From positions 1,664,001 through 1,728,000 of the forward strand of contig JAXGMI010000001.1 in the NCBI GenBank assembly GCA_040768745.1: a stretch of 64,000 nt of DNA. Direction: 5' to 3'. The translations under genes and the position numbers were made by a program. Within the stretch, counting starts at the first letter, position 1. Every line of letters begins with the position of its first letter. The stretch is from Desulfomicrobium sp. (GTDB taxonomy: Bacteria; Desulfobacterota; Desulfovibrionia; Desulfovibrionales; Desulfomicrobiaceae). The notes beneath the pieces were generated by a model. It saw only the letters and a program-made list of their open reading frames with translations, was not told where the DNA came from and did not search any database. Below, piece after piece: positions 17,850-27,889 of the stretch.

Positions 17850-19043
17850 CTAGATCGGCTCGCCGCTGATTTCCTCGTCCGTCAGGTAGCAGGCCGGATC
17901 GTGGGCCCAGAAATCATCATAAAAAGCTTCGGCCCGGGCCCGGAAATTGCCGCCGCAGATGTTCAGGAACCGGCAGGTGGCACATCGCCCCTTCACGTGC
18001 GGCCGCTTGTCCTTCAGTTTGTGCAGCAGTTCTATGCCCTCGTCCATCCAGATCTCGGAGAAGGGGCGCTGGAGTACGTTCCCGAAGGTGTGATGGCGCA
18101 TGAACTGGTCCGCGTGCACCGAGCCGTCCCAGGAAATACACCCGATGCCCCGGCCGGAGGAGTTGCCCTCATTCATTTTGAGGAGTTCCAGTACTTCAGC
18201 CGCGCGCTTGGGATCCTCCTTCAAAAGACGATAGTATACGTAAGGCCCGTCGGCGTGGTTGTCCACGGTCAGAACTTCCTTGGGCAGGCCTCTGTCGTGC
18301 AGGTCCCGGGTCCGGTCCATGATCAGGTCCACTACAGCCCTGGTTTCGGCATGATCCAGGTCTTCTTTGATCAGCTCAGAGCCGCGACCAGAATACACCA
18401 GATGGTAAAAACAGATTCTCGGCACGTTCATGGTCTCGATCAGATTGAAGAGGTGGGGGATCTCGGCGGCGTTTCTTTTGTTGATGGTGAAGCGCAATCC
18501 GACCTTGAGTCCCTCGGCCTGGCAGTTCTCCACGCCCTTCAAGGCCTGTCTGTAGGATCCGGAAACCCCTCGGAATTGGTCATGCACAGTCTCGGCGCCG
18601 TCCAGGGAGATGCCGACATAGGACAGCCCGACTTCTTTGAGTTCCCGGGCCTTGGCCTTGGTGATGAGGGTGCCATTGGTGGAGATGACGGCGCGCATGC
18701 CCTTGGATGTAGCGTATTTGGCCAGTTCGACCAGATCTTCGCGGACCAGGGGCTCGCCGCCGGAGAAAAGCATGACCGGCGCCCCAAATCGGGCCAGGTC
18801 GTCGATGATGGTCTTGGCCTGATCCGTGGAAATGGGATCCTTATGGCTGCTCGGCTCCACGGCGTGGGCGTAGCAGTGCACGCATTTCAGGTTGCAGCGC
18901 TGGGTCATGTTCCAGACCACAACGGGTTTCTTGTCTTTGGCGAATTGCAGCAGATGGGAGGGAAGCTGGGAGGAGTGGCGCCCGTAGCGCAGGGCATCGG
19001 ATGGTTCCACAGTGCCGCAGTACAATTTCGAGATACCGATCAT
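17850..19043 (-). CDS. ahbC: 12,18-didecarboxysiroheme deacetylase (radical SAM)
   Basis: [43 protein letters not shown]. Confidence 0.92.
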   Translation of the reverse strand: MIGISKLYCGTVEPSDALRYGRHSSQLPSHLLQFAKDKKPVVVWNMTQRCNLKCVHCYAHAVEPSSHKDPISTDQAKTIIDDLARFGAPVMLFSGGEPLVREDLVELAKYATSKGMRAVISTNGTLITKAKARELKEVGLSYVGISLDGAETVHDQFRGVSGSYRQALKGVENCQAEGLKVGLRFTINKRNAAEIPHLFNLIETMNVPRICFYHLVYSGRGSELIKEDLDHAETRAVVDLIMDRTRDLHDRGLPKEVLTVDNHADGPYVYYRLLKEDPKRAAEVLELLKMNEGNSSGRGIGCISWDGSVHADQFMRHHTFGNVLQRPFSEIWMDEGIELLHKLKDKRPHVKGRCATCRFLNICGGNFRARAEAFYDDFWAHDPACYLTDEEISGEPI

Positions 19044-19301
19044 GGTTGCCTCATGTGAGCCATTGCGCTCGTCTGGGTGACATTAATCTCCGCCAGGAGT
19101 CATGGTTGGCGGGCTTTACGAAAAAACGGGTCTGAACCTTGCCCTAATGGTTCCCTTTGTCAAGTCAAGGCAAAGGGCTTGGGGGAAGCGCAGGACGCCA
19201 ATCCGCTCCGGATTGGCGTCGAGAGTTGGCAGCGGTCCGCAGAAAGCGGCCATAACGAAACGGTCTGTCATGGCAGGAGGGCGCACGCCCATCCTGGCCG
19301 T

Positions 19302-20198
19302 TCAGACTCTTCCGAAGAGCAGGGTCAAGACGATGGCCACGACAAAAGCCAGGAGCATGGGCAGGATCAGGACCGCCAGGACTTGCTTGTTCGTCGCGTT
19401 GTGCACGTGTCTCAGCCCGAGAAATTTGTAGACGGTCACACCGATCATGGCCAGAGGCAGCCCAATGTAGGGCACGACCATGAGCAGCATGGGTGCGGAA
19501 CTGTAGACTTCAGCCCGGAACGTGCCCTCGAAGCCCTTGGTGTCCGCTTTGAAGAGACGCAAAAAGAAGTGATTTATGGCTGTATCGAAAAAAAGAAAAA
19601 TCGAAACCTGCAGCGGGTAGAGAATGAGGGCCAGTCCGGCTTGCAGGTTGTGGCCCAGGTTTTCTGTTATCATACTGGGAGGCAGGATGCCCAGCAACTG
19701 CCAGAGGGATTGAGACAGGGCCACGGACTCGATGATGATGAGAAAAAAGAGGAGCGGCTTGATGAAGCCGTGCCCTACGGGCATGGCCGAAAAAAAGCGT
19801 TTCGGGTTGGACAGCACATCCAGGAATGTCCGGGCAAAGGCCTGGGGATAGCCGGAAGAGGCCAGTTCCCAGGCCGGCAGTTTCGGTTCGACAGGGTCTT
19901 CCGACTCGGACGTATCCTCTTCGCTTTCCTGGTCCAAGGCCTCCAAACCCTTCCACAAGTCCTCATCCTTGGGGGGCTCCGCAGGTTGGGGCGGAGCAGA
20001 GGGAGGAGCGGTCGGTGTGGCCGGTTCTGGGTTTTCTGACTGCGGCTGGGATTGAGTTTGTTCAGGGTCAGGGATGGCGATTTCCCGGAATTTGAAGCGA
20101 TGTTTGCATTTGGGGCAAGTTGCCATGGCCGCTTTGGGAGGCAGACTCGCTTCATCGACGTCGCGGCCGAATCCGCAATTGGGGCACGTAATGTTCAT
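19302..20198 (-). CDS. Zinc-ribbon plus YIP1-family membrane protein
   Basis: CPNC...CPKC N-terminus, Pro-rich linker, about 5 C-terminal TM helices. Confidence 0.75.
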   Translation of the reverse strand: MNITCPNCGFGRDVDEASLPPKAAMATCPKCKHRFKFREIAIPDPEQTQSQPQSENPEPATPTAPPSAPPQPAEPPKDEDLWKGLEALDQESEEDTSESEDPVEPKLPAWELASSGYPQAFARTFLDVLSNPKRFFSAMPVGHGFIKPLLFFLIIIESVALSQSLWQLLGILPPSMITENLGHNLQAGLALILYPLQVSIFLFFDTAINHFFLRLFKADTKGFEGTFRAEVYSSAPMLLMVVPYIGLPLAMIGVTVYKFLGLRHVHNATNKQVLAVLILPMLLAFVVAIVLTLLFGRV

Positions 20199-20415
20199 GG
20201 TAAGCGCATTCTCCTCTTGCCAGAAGGCTGATACCTGCTCTCGTCCGGATTGGCAACCGCGCCTGCTGGGGACGGAAGAGGGCCTTGTTGCATCGAGGAC
20301 AATGTGGCAGTACCGATCTCCCCGTTATCTTGGTTTGGCCCTGAAATAGCTGGTCATTCCAGGGCGAGATTCTGTATGGCAACGGTGTTGTCGAGCGGCT
20401 GTGGAGGCACGTTGG

Positions 20416-20823
20416 CTAACGGGCGTAGTAGGCTGCGGCCTTCGGTGGAGACGGGTGCGGGGTGTGGCATATCTCGGCAAAAGCGGACCTGAACGCGGAC
20501 AGGATGGTGACGACCTCGTCGATGGGTTCCTGGGTCATTTTGAGATTGGCCTGAAGCAGGCGCGCGTTACAGTACATGTAGAGTGTGTGCAGAGTTCGGG
20601 CGATCTCTCCTCCTCTTTCCGTGTTCAAGGACCCGTCAAGCTCGGCGATGATGTCCAAAGCCTGGGAGATGAGCACGCCCTTTTGGGCGAAGTTCTTCTC
20701 CTGCATGTGGATCTTGGCCTGTTCCAGGAATGTGATGGCCCCGTCATAGAGCATGACCACGAGATGGCCAGGGGTGGAGGTGGTGACCTGGGTCTGCATG
20801 TAGGCGGTTGCGGCTCTCTGCAC
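20416..20823 (-). CDS. fliS: Flagellar export chaperone
   Basis: AY..TQVTT, LVVMLYDGAI, GGEIA..L..LY.Y; GTG start after AAGGAG. Confidence 0.95.
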   Translation of the reverse strand: MQRAATAYMQTQVTTSTPGHLVVMLYDGAITFLEQAKIHMQEKNFAQKGVLISQALDIIAELDGSLNTERGGEIARTLHTLYMYCNARLLQANLKMTQEPIDEVVTILSAFRSAFAEICHTPHPSPPKAAAYYAR

Positions 20824-20835
20824 TGTGAAATCTCC

Positions 20836-22920
20836 TTATTTTGAGCTGCCGGATAAGCTTTTGATCTGGGACTCCAACTGGGTCTGGATACTTTCGTAGG
20901 TTCCGAGCAACGCTTCCAGATTGGCGAACTTGAGCCGCAGGTTGCTTTCAAGAAGGGTCAGCCGCCGCTCTTCATAGGCGATTTTTTCGTCGATGGAATC
21001 CATGATGTCCTGGTAATTGTCCTTCAGGATATCCAGGGTGCCGGTCAACGGATCGGTCAGCTTTTTGATTTCCTGATACAGCTCTTCGGTCTTGCCTGAC
21101 TTGATCTGGATTTGGCCGTTGAAAATCCGCGCCTCGGACAGGTTCAGCACTTCGATGGCCAATCCGCGGGCAGGGTTGCCGTCTCCGTCCGCAGTGATCT
21201 TGGTCCCCTCTATGCGGGCTGCATAGCCATTGATGGAGGCCGAAATGACTTCACCCGTTGCGCTGACTTCATAGCTGACCGAAAAATCACCTGCACTGGT
21301 CACCCCTCTGATGGAGGAGGCGTATCTGAAATTTGGGGATTCCGTGGGCACGCCGTCGACGGTCTCCTTGGTCGACGGATACATGTCCGCGCTGAAGAGT
21401 CGGCCCACGGCGTCAGGTTCGGATGCAAGGGCCGAGGAAAAGGCGCCTTTGTCGAAGACAAGGAGGCCGAAGGTGGCGGAGCCTTCATTCGTGTCCGTGG
21501 TGATGCCGAGACTGCCCAGAGAGACGAACGGGTCCATGTCAAAGTCAAAGCCCAGTCCTTTTCTGGAGAGAATGTTCTTCAGGTTCTGCTGAATCATCTG
21601 CACGCCATAGTTTCCCGTCAGGATGGAGGAGTTGACCTCCTTGCCTTCCGTCGTGACCTGGGTCTGCTCCTTGATGAGGGTCAGCACCGTGTTGATCCCA
21701 TCCACAAAGGTTTGCACGTTCTGTATGACCGCGGCGGCGTCGATGCTTGTGGTCAACGTGGTTGAGCCCGGGGCGGCCAGGTTCATGGCCACCCCGGCGA
21801 TGACGTCGGATACGGTATTGGTGGGACGTTCGATATACCCGTCGGTTGCCCCAAGAATCTGGGTGAACTTGTCGGATTGGAGTGTGGTCGCCGATGTTCC
21901 TGGCATATTGACGATGGAAATCTGGTTGGCCGAGCCGGGGTCACCCGTAAGCGTGAATTCGAGATCCCCAGAGGCGTTCGTCAAAGCCGATGCCTGGAAC
22001 GCGGACGATGGCAACCTGGCCAGTACGGCAATGTTCACGGCTGTGGCCAGTTCCGCATAGGTGGTTGTGCTGCTGAGGGACACGGAAAAAATGTTTCCCG
22101 CATAGGTGAACTTGAATGCGCCGCCTGCCCCAGATACGACGGACGCGGGGGTGCTGCCCGTAATGGCAGCGGTCAGGGTGTCGGCTGTGGGCGTTGCCGT
22201 GTGAGGCCACCCGTCAACAACGAGCTGCGCGTTGCCGGAGTTCTGGGTTTCAATGAACTGGCTTTGCCCAAAGTTTGCCAGCAGTTCGGAGGAAGTCAAA
22301 CTTTCATCGATGATGAAATCATTGCCGGCACCGAGGTCCATGCCGCGGATTTGCAGTCGAAATCCGCTGCCATCATTGATCATGCTGGCGCGGACATAGT
22401 TGCGGTTCTCTGGGTCGGAATTGATCAGTTTTGCGAATTGGGATAGGGTTGTGGTCGATGTCACATCCACGGATATCTGACGATTCCCATAGGTGAAGGA
22501 AAATGTTCCTGCGGAACCGCCACTGATGACGTCCTCTGGGGAGGAAAAAATTGCCGCCCCCATGTGCATGTCGGTGGTGGCCATGGACACAACGGTTACA
22601 AGATGGGAACCTTGTTCCGCTTCGCTGGTGGCCGAAGCCGTCATGGCTGTGGAGTTGGACGACGCCACCGTCTTGATCAGGAATTCGTCCGCCGTGTTCA
22701 TGGACGACAGGGTTGTGTTCAGGTTCAGCATGGCGACGCTCAGGGCGTCAAAGGCGTCACTTTTCTGTTCCCACTCTGCGCGCCATGTTTCCAGGCGGTT
22801 GGTGTTGGTTTTTTCCACCTCCACCAACTGGGTGACCAGGGAATCGAAATCCGTGCCCGAACCAAGGCCGGTGAACCTGATTGCTCCTGAAATCAGCGAT
22901 GTGGACAGATCGTCAGCCAT
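20836..22920 (-). CDS. fliD: Flagellar filament cap protein
   Basis: FTGLGSGTDFDSLV N-terminus; C-terminal coiled coil LRLKFANLEALL; between fliC and fliS. Confidence 0.92.
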   Translation of the reverse strand: MADDLSTSLISGAIRFTGLGSGTDFDSLVTQLVEVEKTNTNRLETWRAEWEQKSDAFDALSVAMLNLNTTLSSMNTADEFLIKTVASSNSTAMTASATSEAEQGSHLVTVVSMATTDMHMGAAIFSSPEDVISGGSAGTFSFTYGNRQISVDVTSTTTLSQFAKLINSDPENRNYVRASMINDGSGFRLQIRGMDLGAGNDFIIDESLTSSELLANFGQSQFIETQNSGNAQLVVDGWPHTATPTADTLTAAITGSTPASVVSGAGGAFKFTYAGNIFSVSLSSTTTYAELATAVNIAVLARLPSSAFQASALTNASGDLEFTLTGDPGSANQISIVNMPGTSATTLQSDKFTQILGATDGYIERPTNTVSDVIAGVAMNLAAPGSTTLTTSIDAAAVIQNVQTFVDGINTVLTLIKEQTQVTTEGKEVNSSILTGNYGVQMIQQNLKNILSRKGLGFDFDMDPFVSLGSLGITTDTNEGSATFGLLVFDKGAFSSALASEPDAVGRLFSADMYPSTKETVDGVPTESPNFRYASSIRGVTSAGDFSVSYEVSATGEVISASINGYAARIEGTKITADGDGNPARGLAIEVLNLSEARIFNGQIQIKSGKTEELYQEIKKLTDPLTGTLDILKDNYQDIMDSIDEKIAYEERRLTLLESNLRLKFANLEALLGTYESIQTQLESQIKSLSGSSK

Positions 22921-22965
22921 ACATGCCCCTGCACAAAGAAGTTGCGAGTCGACTGTCAAATGCCT

Positions 22966-22982
22966 AGCAAGCCTGATGCCAG
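22966..22982 (-). promoter_or_regulatory. Sigma54 promoter of fliD-fliS
   Basis: Minus strand CTGGCATCAGGCTTGCT, close match to TGGCAC-N5-TTGCW. Confidence 0.88.
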
Positions 22983-22997
22983 GCTGTTCCCTGTGAG

Positions 22998-23032
22998 GAA
23001 AAGAAAGGCCGGGCCGCGTGTGCGTCCCGGCC
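22998..23032 (-). terminator. Terminator after the flagellin gene
   Basis: GGCCGGG...CCCGGCC stem followed by TTTCTTTT on the minus strand. Confidence 0.75.
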
Positions 23033-23064
23033 AGGAGTCGGTCAAGAACGGGTACTGGGTGTCA

Positions 23065-23955
23065 TTATCCCTGCAGGAGCTGCAGGGCCATCTGTGGCAG
23101 GCTGTTGGCCTGCGAGAGCATGGCTACGGCACTCTGGGTCAGGATCTGGTTCCTGACGAAGTTGGTCATTTCCGTGGCGACGTCCACGTCGGAGATCCGT
23201 GATTCTGCTGCCTGCAGGTTTTCGGCCTGGATGGTCAGGTTGGTGATGGTGTTTTCCAGACGGTTCTGTAGGGCGCCGAGGTTCGCGCGGATGTTGTCCT
23301 TGGTGGTGATGGCCGTGTTCAGGGCATCCAGGGCATTCTGGGCATTGGCCTGGGTGGAGATATCGTGGCCCGCAGTTCCAGCGGCAGTGCTGTTGCCCAC
23401 GCCCAGGGCCGCGGCCGTGGCGTCGCCGATGGCGATGTAGTAGTAGTCCTCGTCACTGTCGTTGCCCGTGCCGAAGTGGACCTTGAGCTGGCCTGTGGAT
23501 GTCGCAGCTGTTCCATCATGCGGTCCGGAGAGGTTTCCGTTCAGCAGATAAATGCCGTTGAAGTCCGTTGCGTTGGCGATACGGGTGATTTCCGAGGCCA
23601 TGGCCTGGTACTCGGAATCGATGATCGCGCGCTGATCCGACGTGTAGGTGCCGGTGGCCGCCTGGGTGGCCAGCTCCTTCATGCGGATCAGCTTTTCATC
23701 GATGACCTGCAGTGCGCCATCGGCAGTCTGAATCAGGGAAATGGCATCGTTGGCGTTGCGTACGCCCTGGTTCAGGGACGAGATGTCCGCGCGCATGAGT
23801 TCGCGGATGGCCAAGCCGGCGGCGTCATCGGCGGCGCTGGTGATGCGCAGGCCCGAGGACAGACGGCTGGTGGACGTGGACAGGCTGTTGTAGGCGGTGG
23901 CCAGGTTGCGGGACGCGTTCATGGCCATCAGGTTGTGGTTGATTACCAAAGACAT
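23065..23955 (-). CDS. fliC: Flagellin
   Basis: MSLVINHN, RLSSGLRI..AADDAAGLAI, RANLGALQNRL, SRISDVDVA.EM. Confidence 0.97.
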   Translation of the reverse strand: MSLVINHNLMAMNASRNLATAYNSLSTSTSRLSSGLRITSAADDAAGLAIRELMRADISSLNQGVRNANDAISLIQTADGALQVIDEKLIRMKELATQAATGTYTSDQRAIIDSEYQAMASEITRIANATDFNGIYLLNGNLSGPHDGTAATSTGQLKVHFGTGNDSDEDYYYIAIGDATAAALGVGNSTAAGTAGHDISTQANAQNALDALNTAITTKDNIRANLGALQNRLENTITNLTIQAENLQAAESRISDVDVATEMTNFVRNQILTQSAVAMLSQANSLPQMALQLLQG

Positions 23956-24035
23956 GACAATTCCTCCTTGAAGATGATCGGCTTCCTTGCCTTGGGGTTC
24001 AGCAGCGTCTGGGCTGCATCGTGTACTTGAAGGAT

Positions 24036-24062
24036 GAATCGGCAGGACTTGGATTTTCTTTA
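24036..24062 (-). promoter_or_regulatory. Sigma28 (FliA) promoter of flagellin
   Basis: Minus strand TAAA-15 nt-GCCGATTC. Confidence 0.9.
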
Positions 24063-24095
24063 GGAGTTTTCGTCCGATTTTTTTCGAGAATCTTT

Positions 24096-24839
24096 TTATT
24101 CGAAATCGAAGATGTTCTGACGCGCTTCGTCCGGACTGATGCCCCGGGATCTGGCAATGGATTCGAGGTTGTCCTCAGCGTCGGATTTACGCAGGTAGAG
24201 GGGGTGGGGGGGATGGACAGAATAATGCGCCCGGCAGGCCAAGCCGAGCAGCAGTGCGGGCATGGGCGTGTCGAAGCAGGGAGGGAGAATGCGGGCCTTC
24301 GGCAGGTCGAGCAGTGCCTGATTCCTGCGCAGCCCGCTGCCCAGCAGGTGGACAGCCCCCGAGCGACTGGTGAGCAGATCCCCCACCTTGCTCAGGGGGA
24401 GAGGCTGGATGCCTGTCAAAGGCCCCCTTCCGTCAAAGCCCTGGACATAGACCTGGGCCTTGCGGGCATGGGTCAGGACCCAGACCTCGTCAGGGAGCAA
24501 AGGGGCGATCTGTGCGGCCAAAAGGGAAGGGTACTCCAGCCCGGCCATGGGGATGGAGAAAGGTCTGGCCAGTCCGTACATGGATGCATGAGAGATGCGC
24601 AGCCCGGTGAACGAGCCAGGTCCGCGCACGCAGGCAATGCCCGCCAGATCCTTCACCCTGACATTGGCGAGCCTGAGTCCCCGTTCAATGGAGGTGTGCA
24701 GGTGCCGGATGGATTGTCCAGGGCAGAGGATTTCTTCACTGAACAGAAGCTGCTGTGGGGAGCCCAGGACGACCTGCATGCGCTCCTCCGCGCAGTTCAG
24801 GGCGAGAAACATCTCACTGGAAATGGCGCAGGATGTCAT
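24096..24839 (-). CDS. tsaB: tRNA threonylcarbamoyladenosine biosynthesis protein (alternative start 24812)
   Basis: IACVRGPGSFTGLRI motif and PLYLRKSDAE. Confidence 0.92.
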   Translation of the reverse strand: MTSCAISSEMFLALNCAEERMQVVLGSPQQLLFSEEILCPGQSIRHLHTSIERGLRLANVRVKDLAGIACVRGPGSFTGLRISHASMYGLARPFSIPMAGLEYPSLLAAQIAPLLPDEVWVLTHARKAQVYVQGFDGRGPLTGIQPLPLSKVGDLLTSRSGAVHLLGSGLRRNQALLDLPKARILPPCFDTPMPALLLGLACRAHYSVHPPHPLYLRKSDAEDNLESIARSRGISPDEARQNIFDFE

Positions 24840-25878
24840 TGATAGTCGCGAAAACCATGAGCATGAAGAGGAGCGTCATGCCGATCCGCAGTGCGATTTG
24901 TTGAATCTGCGGGCTCAACGGTTTTCCGGTGATGGTTTCCAGAAAGAAAAAAAGGATATGTCCGCCGTCAAGGACAGGAATGGGCAGCAGGTTCAGTATG
25001 CCCAGATTGATGCTGATGAGGGCGGTCAGGGCCAGCAGATTGATGAGTCCTGTCTGTGCTTCCTTATGGATCATCTCCGAGATGAGGATGACCCCGCCCA
25101 TGTCTGTCCAGGGGATGACCCGTTCCACAAGCTTGATGATGCCCATGACCATGAGACCGCTCACATCCCAAATTTGTCGAGCCCCCTGTACGGATGCGGC
25201 AAAAAATCCCAATTCCCTGGTCATCAGTTCACCCTTGGGTGCGATACCCAACATGGGCATTGCTTTCACTTCACCGAAAAGATTGCGCTTCTCTTGGATA
25301 CGGGGGGTGACATGCAGGGTGAATTCTTGGCGGCCACGGATCACGGTCAGTTCCATTGCATCGCCCTGGTTGGCTTCGATGCGCTGGACCAAGTCACTCC
25401 AGACAAGGATCTCGCGCCCGTCGACAGTCACAATGCGATCATCGGGGAGAATGCCGGCGTCGGCTGCTGCGCTGGAGTTGGTCACCTGGCCGATGACCGG
25501 GAGCATTTCCTGCACACCCTGAGTCCAGGCCAGACCCCAGAAGATGATCCAGGCCAGCAGGAAGTTGAAGACCGGACCGGCCAGGACAACCAGCATGCGC
25601 TGCCAAGGGGGGCGGCGCGAAAAGGATTCTTCAGGTGTGAACCCTTCCGGAAGCTCGGCATCGGGAGATTCGCCGACCAGTTGGACGTAGCCTCCCAGGG
25701 GAAAGACGCAGATACGGTAATCAGTCTTGCCCCGCTTGAATCCGAAAAGCCGTGTTCCAAAGCCCAGGGAAAAGACGTTGACGCCCATGCCCAGGCTTCT
25801 GGCCAGCACGAAGTGCCCCAGTTCGTGGAAGAAGATCAGCCCGCCCAGGACCAGAACGACGGCCAGAATACTCGTCAA
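24814..25878 (-). CDS. rseP: RIP metalloprotease
   Basis: HELGH, PLGGYV, AGP.FN, PDZ domain, NLLPIPVLDGGH; TTG start. Confidence 0.95.
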   Translation of the reverse strand: MTSILAVVLVLGGLIFFHELGHFVLARSLGMGVNVFSLGFGTRLFGFKRGKTDYRICVFPLGGYVQLVGESPDAELPEGFTPEESFSRRPPWQRMLVVLAGPVFNFLLAWIIFWGLAWTQGVQEMLPVIGQVTNSSAAADAGILPDDRIVTVDGREILVWSDLVQRIEANQGDAMELTVIRGRQEFTLHVTPRIQEKRNLFGEVKAMPMLGIAPKGELMTRELGFFAASVQGARQIWDVSGLMVMGIIKLVERVIPWTDMGGVILISEMIHKEAQTGLINLLALTALISINLGILNLLPIPVLDGGHILFFFLETITGKPLSPQIQQIALRIGMTLLFMLMVFATINDILRHFQ

Positions 25879-27086
25879 AATGCGCCCTCCGCGATGGCAG
25901 CCTCGGCCAGGGATCGCGTTTCCGCATCAATGGCCAGAATGTGGTCCAGGTTGTCCACAGGAAGCGAGTCGTGCCCATCGAGCATGCGGTCGATGAGTCT
26001 GGCAATGCCCGGGAAGGACACACGGCCATCAAGGAATGCCTGCACTGCAATCTCGTTGGCGGCATTGAGGACCACCGGGTGGCTCGGCCCGGCCAGCAGG
26101 GCCTCCCTGGCCAACCGCAGGCAGGGGAAGCGCACCACATCCGGGGATTCGAACGTAAGGACTCCGACCTTGGCCAGATCGAGCCGTTCCAGACCGATGT
26201 GCAGACGCTGTGGATAGCCCAAGCAATACCCAATGGGAATTTCCATATCCGGCATGCCCAGGTGTGCCAACTGCGAACCGTCCGCGTATTCGACCAGCGA
26301 GTGGACGATGGACTGCGGGTGGACAACCACCTCCACTTCGTCAGGCTTGGCCCCGTAGAGGTGTACTGCTTCGATAACTTCCAGGCCTTTGTTCATCATC
26401 GTTGCGGAATCGATGGAAATTTTTGCTCCCATGGACCAGTTTGGGTGTTTCAAGGCCTGAGCAGGGGTGACAGCGTGGATCTCTTCCAGGGAAGTGGTCC
26501 GAAATGGGCCTCCCGATGCGGTCAGAATCAGGCGCGAGACAGTTGTTCCGTCGTGGCCAATGAAGGCCTGGAACAGGGCGTTGTGCTCCGAATCGACAGG
26601 GAGAATCGCTGCCCCGCTGCCCCTGCAGACTTCCCGGAAAATACCCCCGGCCAGAACCAGGGCCTCCTTGTTGGCCAGGCAGAGCACCTTGCCGGCCCGC
26701 GCCGCGGCCAGGGCGGGAACGAGTCCGGCGGCTCCGACCTGGGCGGCCAGAACAAGATCCGCTTCCGGGAGGGTGGCCAGAGCCGTGTATCCGTCCAGGC
26801 CGATGAAGATCCGGGGTGTGTAGCCGGCCGGCAACAGATCGCGCAGGGTCCTGGCGTGTTGTTCCTCCAGCACCCCGAGGTAAGGCGGGCGGAACTGATC
26901 GGCCTGCCGGGCCAAGAGGGCCATGTTTCGGGCTCCGGCCAGAGCAACGATGTGCAGGTATCCGGGATTCTTTGCTGCCACCCGCAGGGCACTGGTGCCG
27001 ATGGAGCCCGTGCTGCCAAGGATCGCAATGGCCCGCGGCCCTGTGCGGTTGAAGACAGGGGAGGACAGGCCTGAGATATACTTCAT
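25875..27086 (-). CDS. dxr: 1-deoxy-D-xylulose-5-phosphate reductoisomerase
   Basis: LGSTGSIG, LANKE, PVDSEH, TASGGPF, HPNWSMG.KISIDSATMMNKGLE. Confidence 0.97.
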   Translation of the reverse strand: MKYISGLSSPVFNRTGPRAIAILGSTGSIGTSALRVAAKNPGYLHIVALAGARNMALLARQADQFRPPYLGVLEEQHARTLRDLLPAGYTPRIFIGLDGYTALATLPEADLVLAAQVGAAGLVPALAAARAGKVLCLANKEALVLAGGIFREVCRGSGAAILPVDSEHNALFQAFIGHDGTTVSRLILTASGGPFRTTSLEEIHAVTPAQALKHPNWSMGAKISIDSATMMNKGLEVIEAVHLYGAKPDEVEVVVHPQSIVHSLVEYADGSQLAHLGMPDMEIPIGYCLGYPQRLHIGLERLDLAKVGVLTFESPDVVRFPCLRLAREALLAGPSHPVVLNAANEIAVQAFLDGRVSFPGIARLIDRMLDGHDSLPVDNLDHILAIDAETRSLAEAAIAEGAF

Positions 27087-27889
27087 GGCTTTCCGCCGGC
27101 AAAGAAGTCGAAGAGGGCGGCCAGTGCGCAGTAGAGGGGGAGGACAAAGAGCAGGCTGTCGATGCGGTCCAGAATGCCGCCGTGGCCAGGGAGGATCCAG
27201 CCCGAATCTTTGATCCCTCTCCAGCGTTTGAGGCCGGATTCAAAAAAATCACCCAGTTGGGCGGCCAGGTTGAGAGCTGCGCCCAGGAAGGCAAAGTGGA
27301 ACCATGGTGCGGCGCCCAGGGCGTATCCCATGGCGGTGCACACGGCAATGCTGGCAACCAGGCCGCCGATGCTTCCGGCCCAGGTCTTCTTGGGGCTGAT
27401 GGAGGGCCAGATCTTGGGGCCGCCGAAATGGCTGCCGGCGTAAAAAGCCCCGGTGTCGGCCGCGAAGGTGGTCAGCAGGACCAGGGCGATCTCCGTTCCG
27501 GACAGGAAGCGTCCCAGACGGAGGATAAAAGGGAGATACAGAATGCCGAAGAGCAGGATCTGGCAGTCTGGAAAGGCATCAGGAGCTTTGTCCTGGTCGT
27601 AGACAAGCAAGAATCCAATGGCCACAGCCAGCAGAGCCAGGCAGACCAAGGCGGAACCATTCCAGTCCAGAGGTGCCCAGATCAGACCCAGGGCCAAAAA
27701 AAAACCAGCGACTTTCCAGGGTAATTTTTCCAGTCCTGGCCAGAACATGGCGTAGAATTCCATGAGTCCCAGACAGGCCACCACCGAGAGCACGAGGCTG
27801 AGGACCGGATCTCCGCAAAAAATGGCCCAGGCCAGGAGTGGGAGCAGAAGCAGAGATGTCAGGATGCGCTGATAATGGGTTGCCGTCAT
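27083..27889 (-). CDS. cdsA: Phosphatidate cytidylyltransferase
   Basis: SPKKTW.G and GDFFES.LKR..GIKDSG.ILPGHGGILDRIDS. Confidence 0.95.
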   Translation of the reverse strand: MTATHYQRILTSLLLLPLLAWAIFCGDPVLSLVLSVVACLGLMEFYAMFWPGLEKLPWKVAGFFLALGLIWAPLDWNGSALVCLALLAVAIGFLLVYDQDKAPDAFPDCQILLFGILYLPFILRLGRFLSGTEIALVLLTTFAADTGAFYAGSHFGGPKIWPSISPKKTWAGSIGGLVASIAVCTAMGYALGAAPWFHFAFLGAALNLAAQLGDFFESGLKRWRGIKDSGWILPGHGGILDRIDSLLFVLPLYCALAALFDFFAGGKP

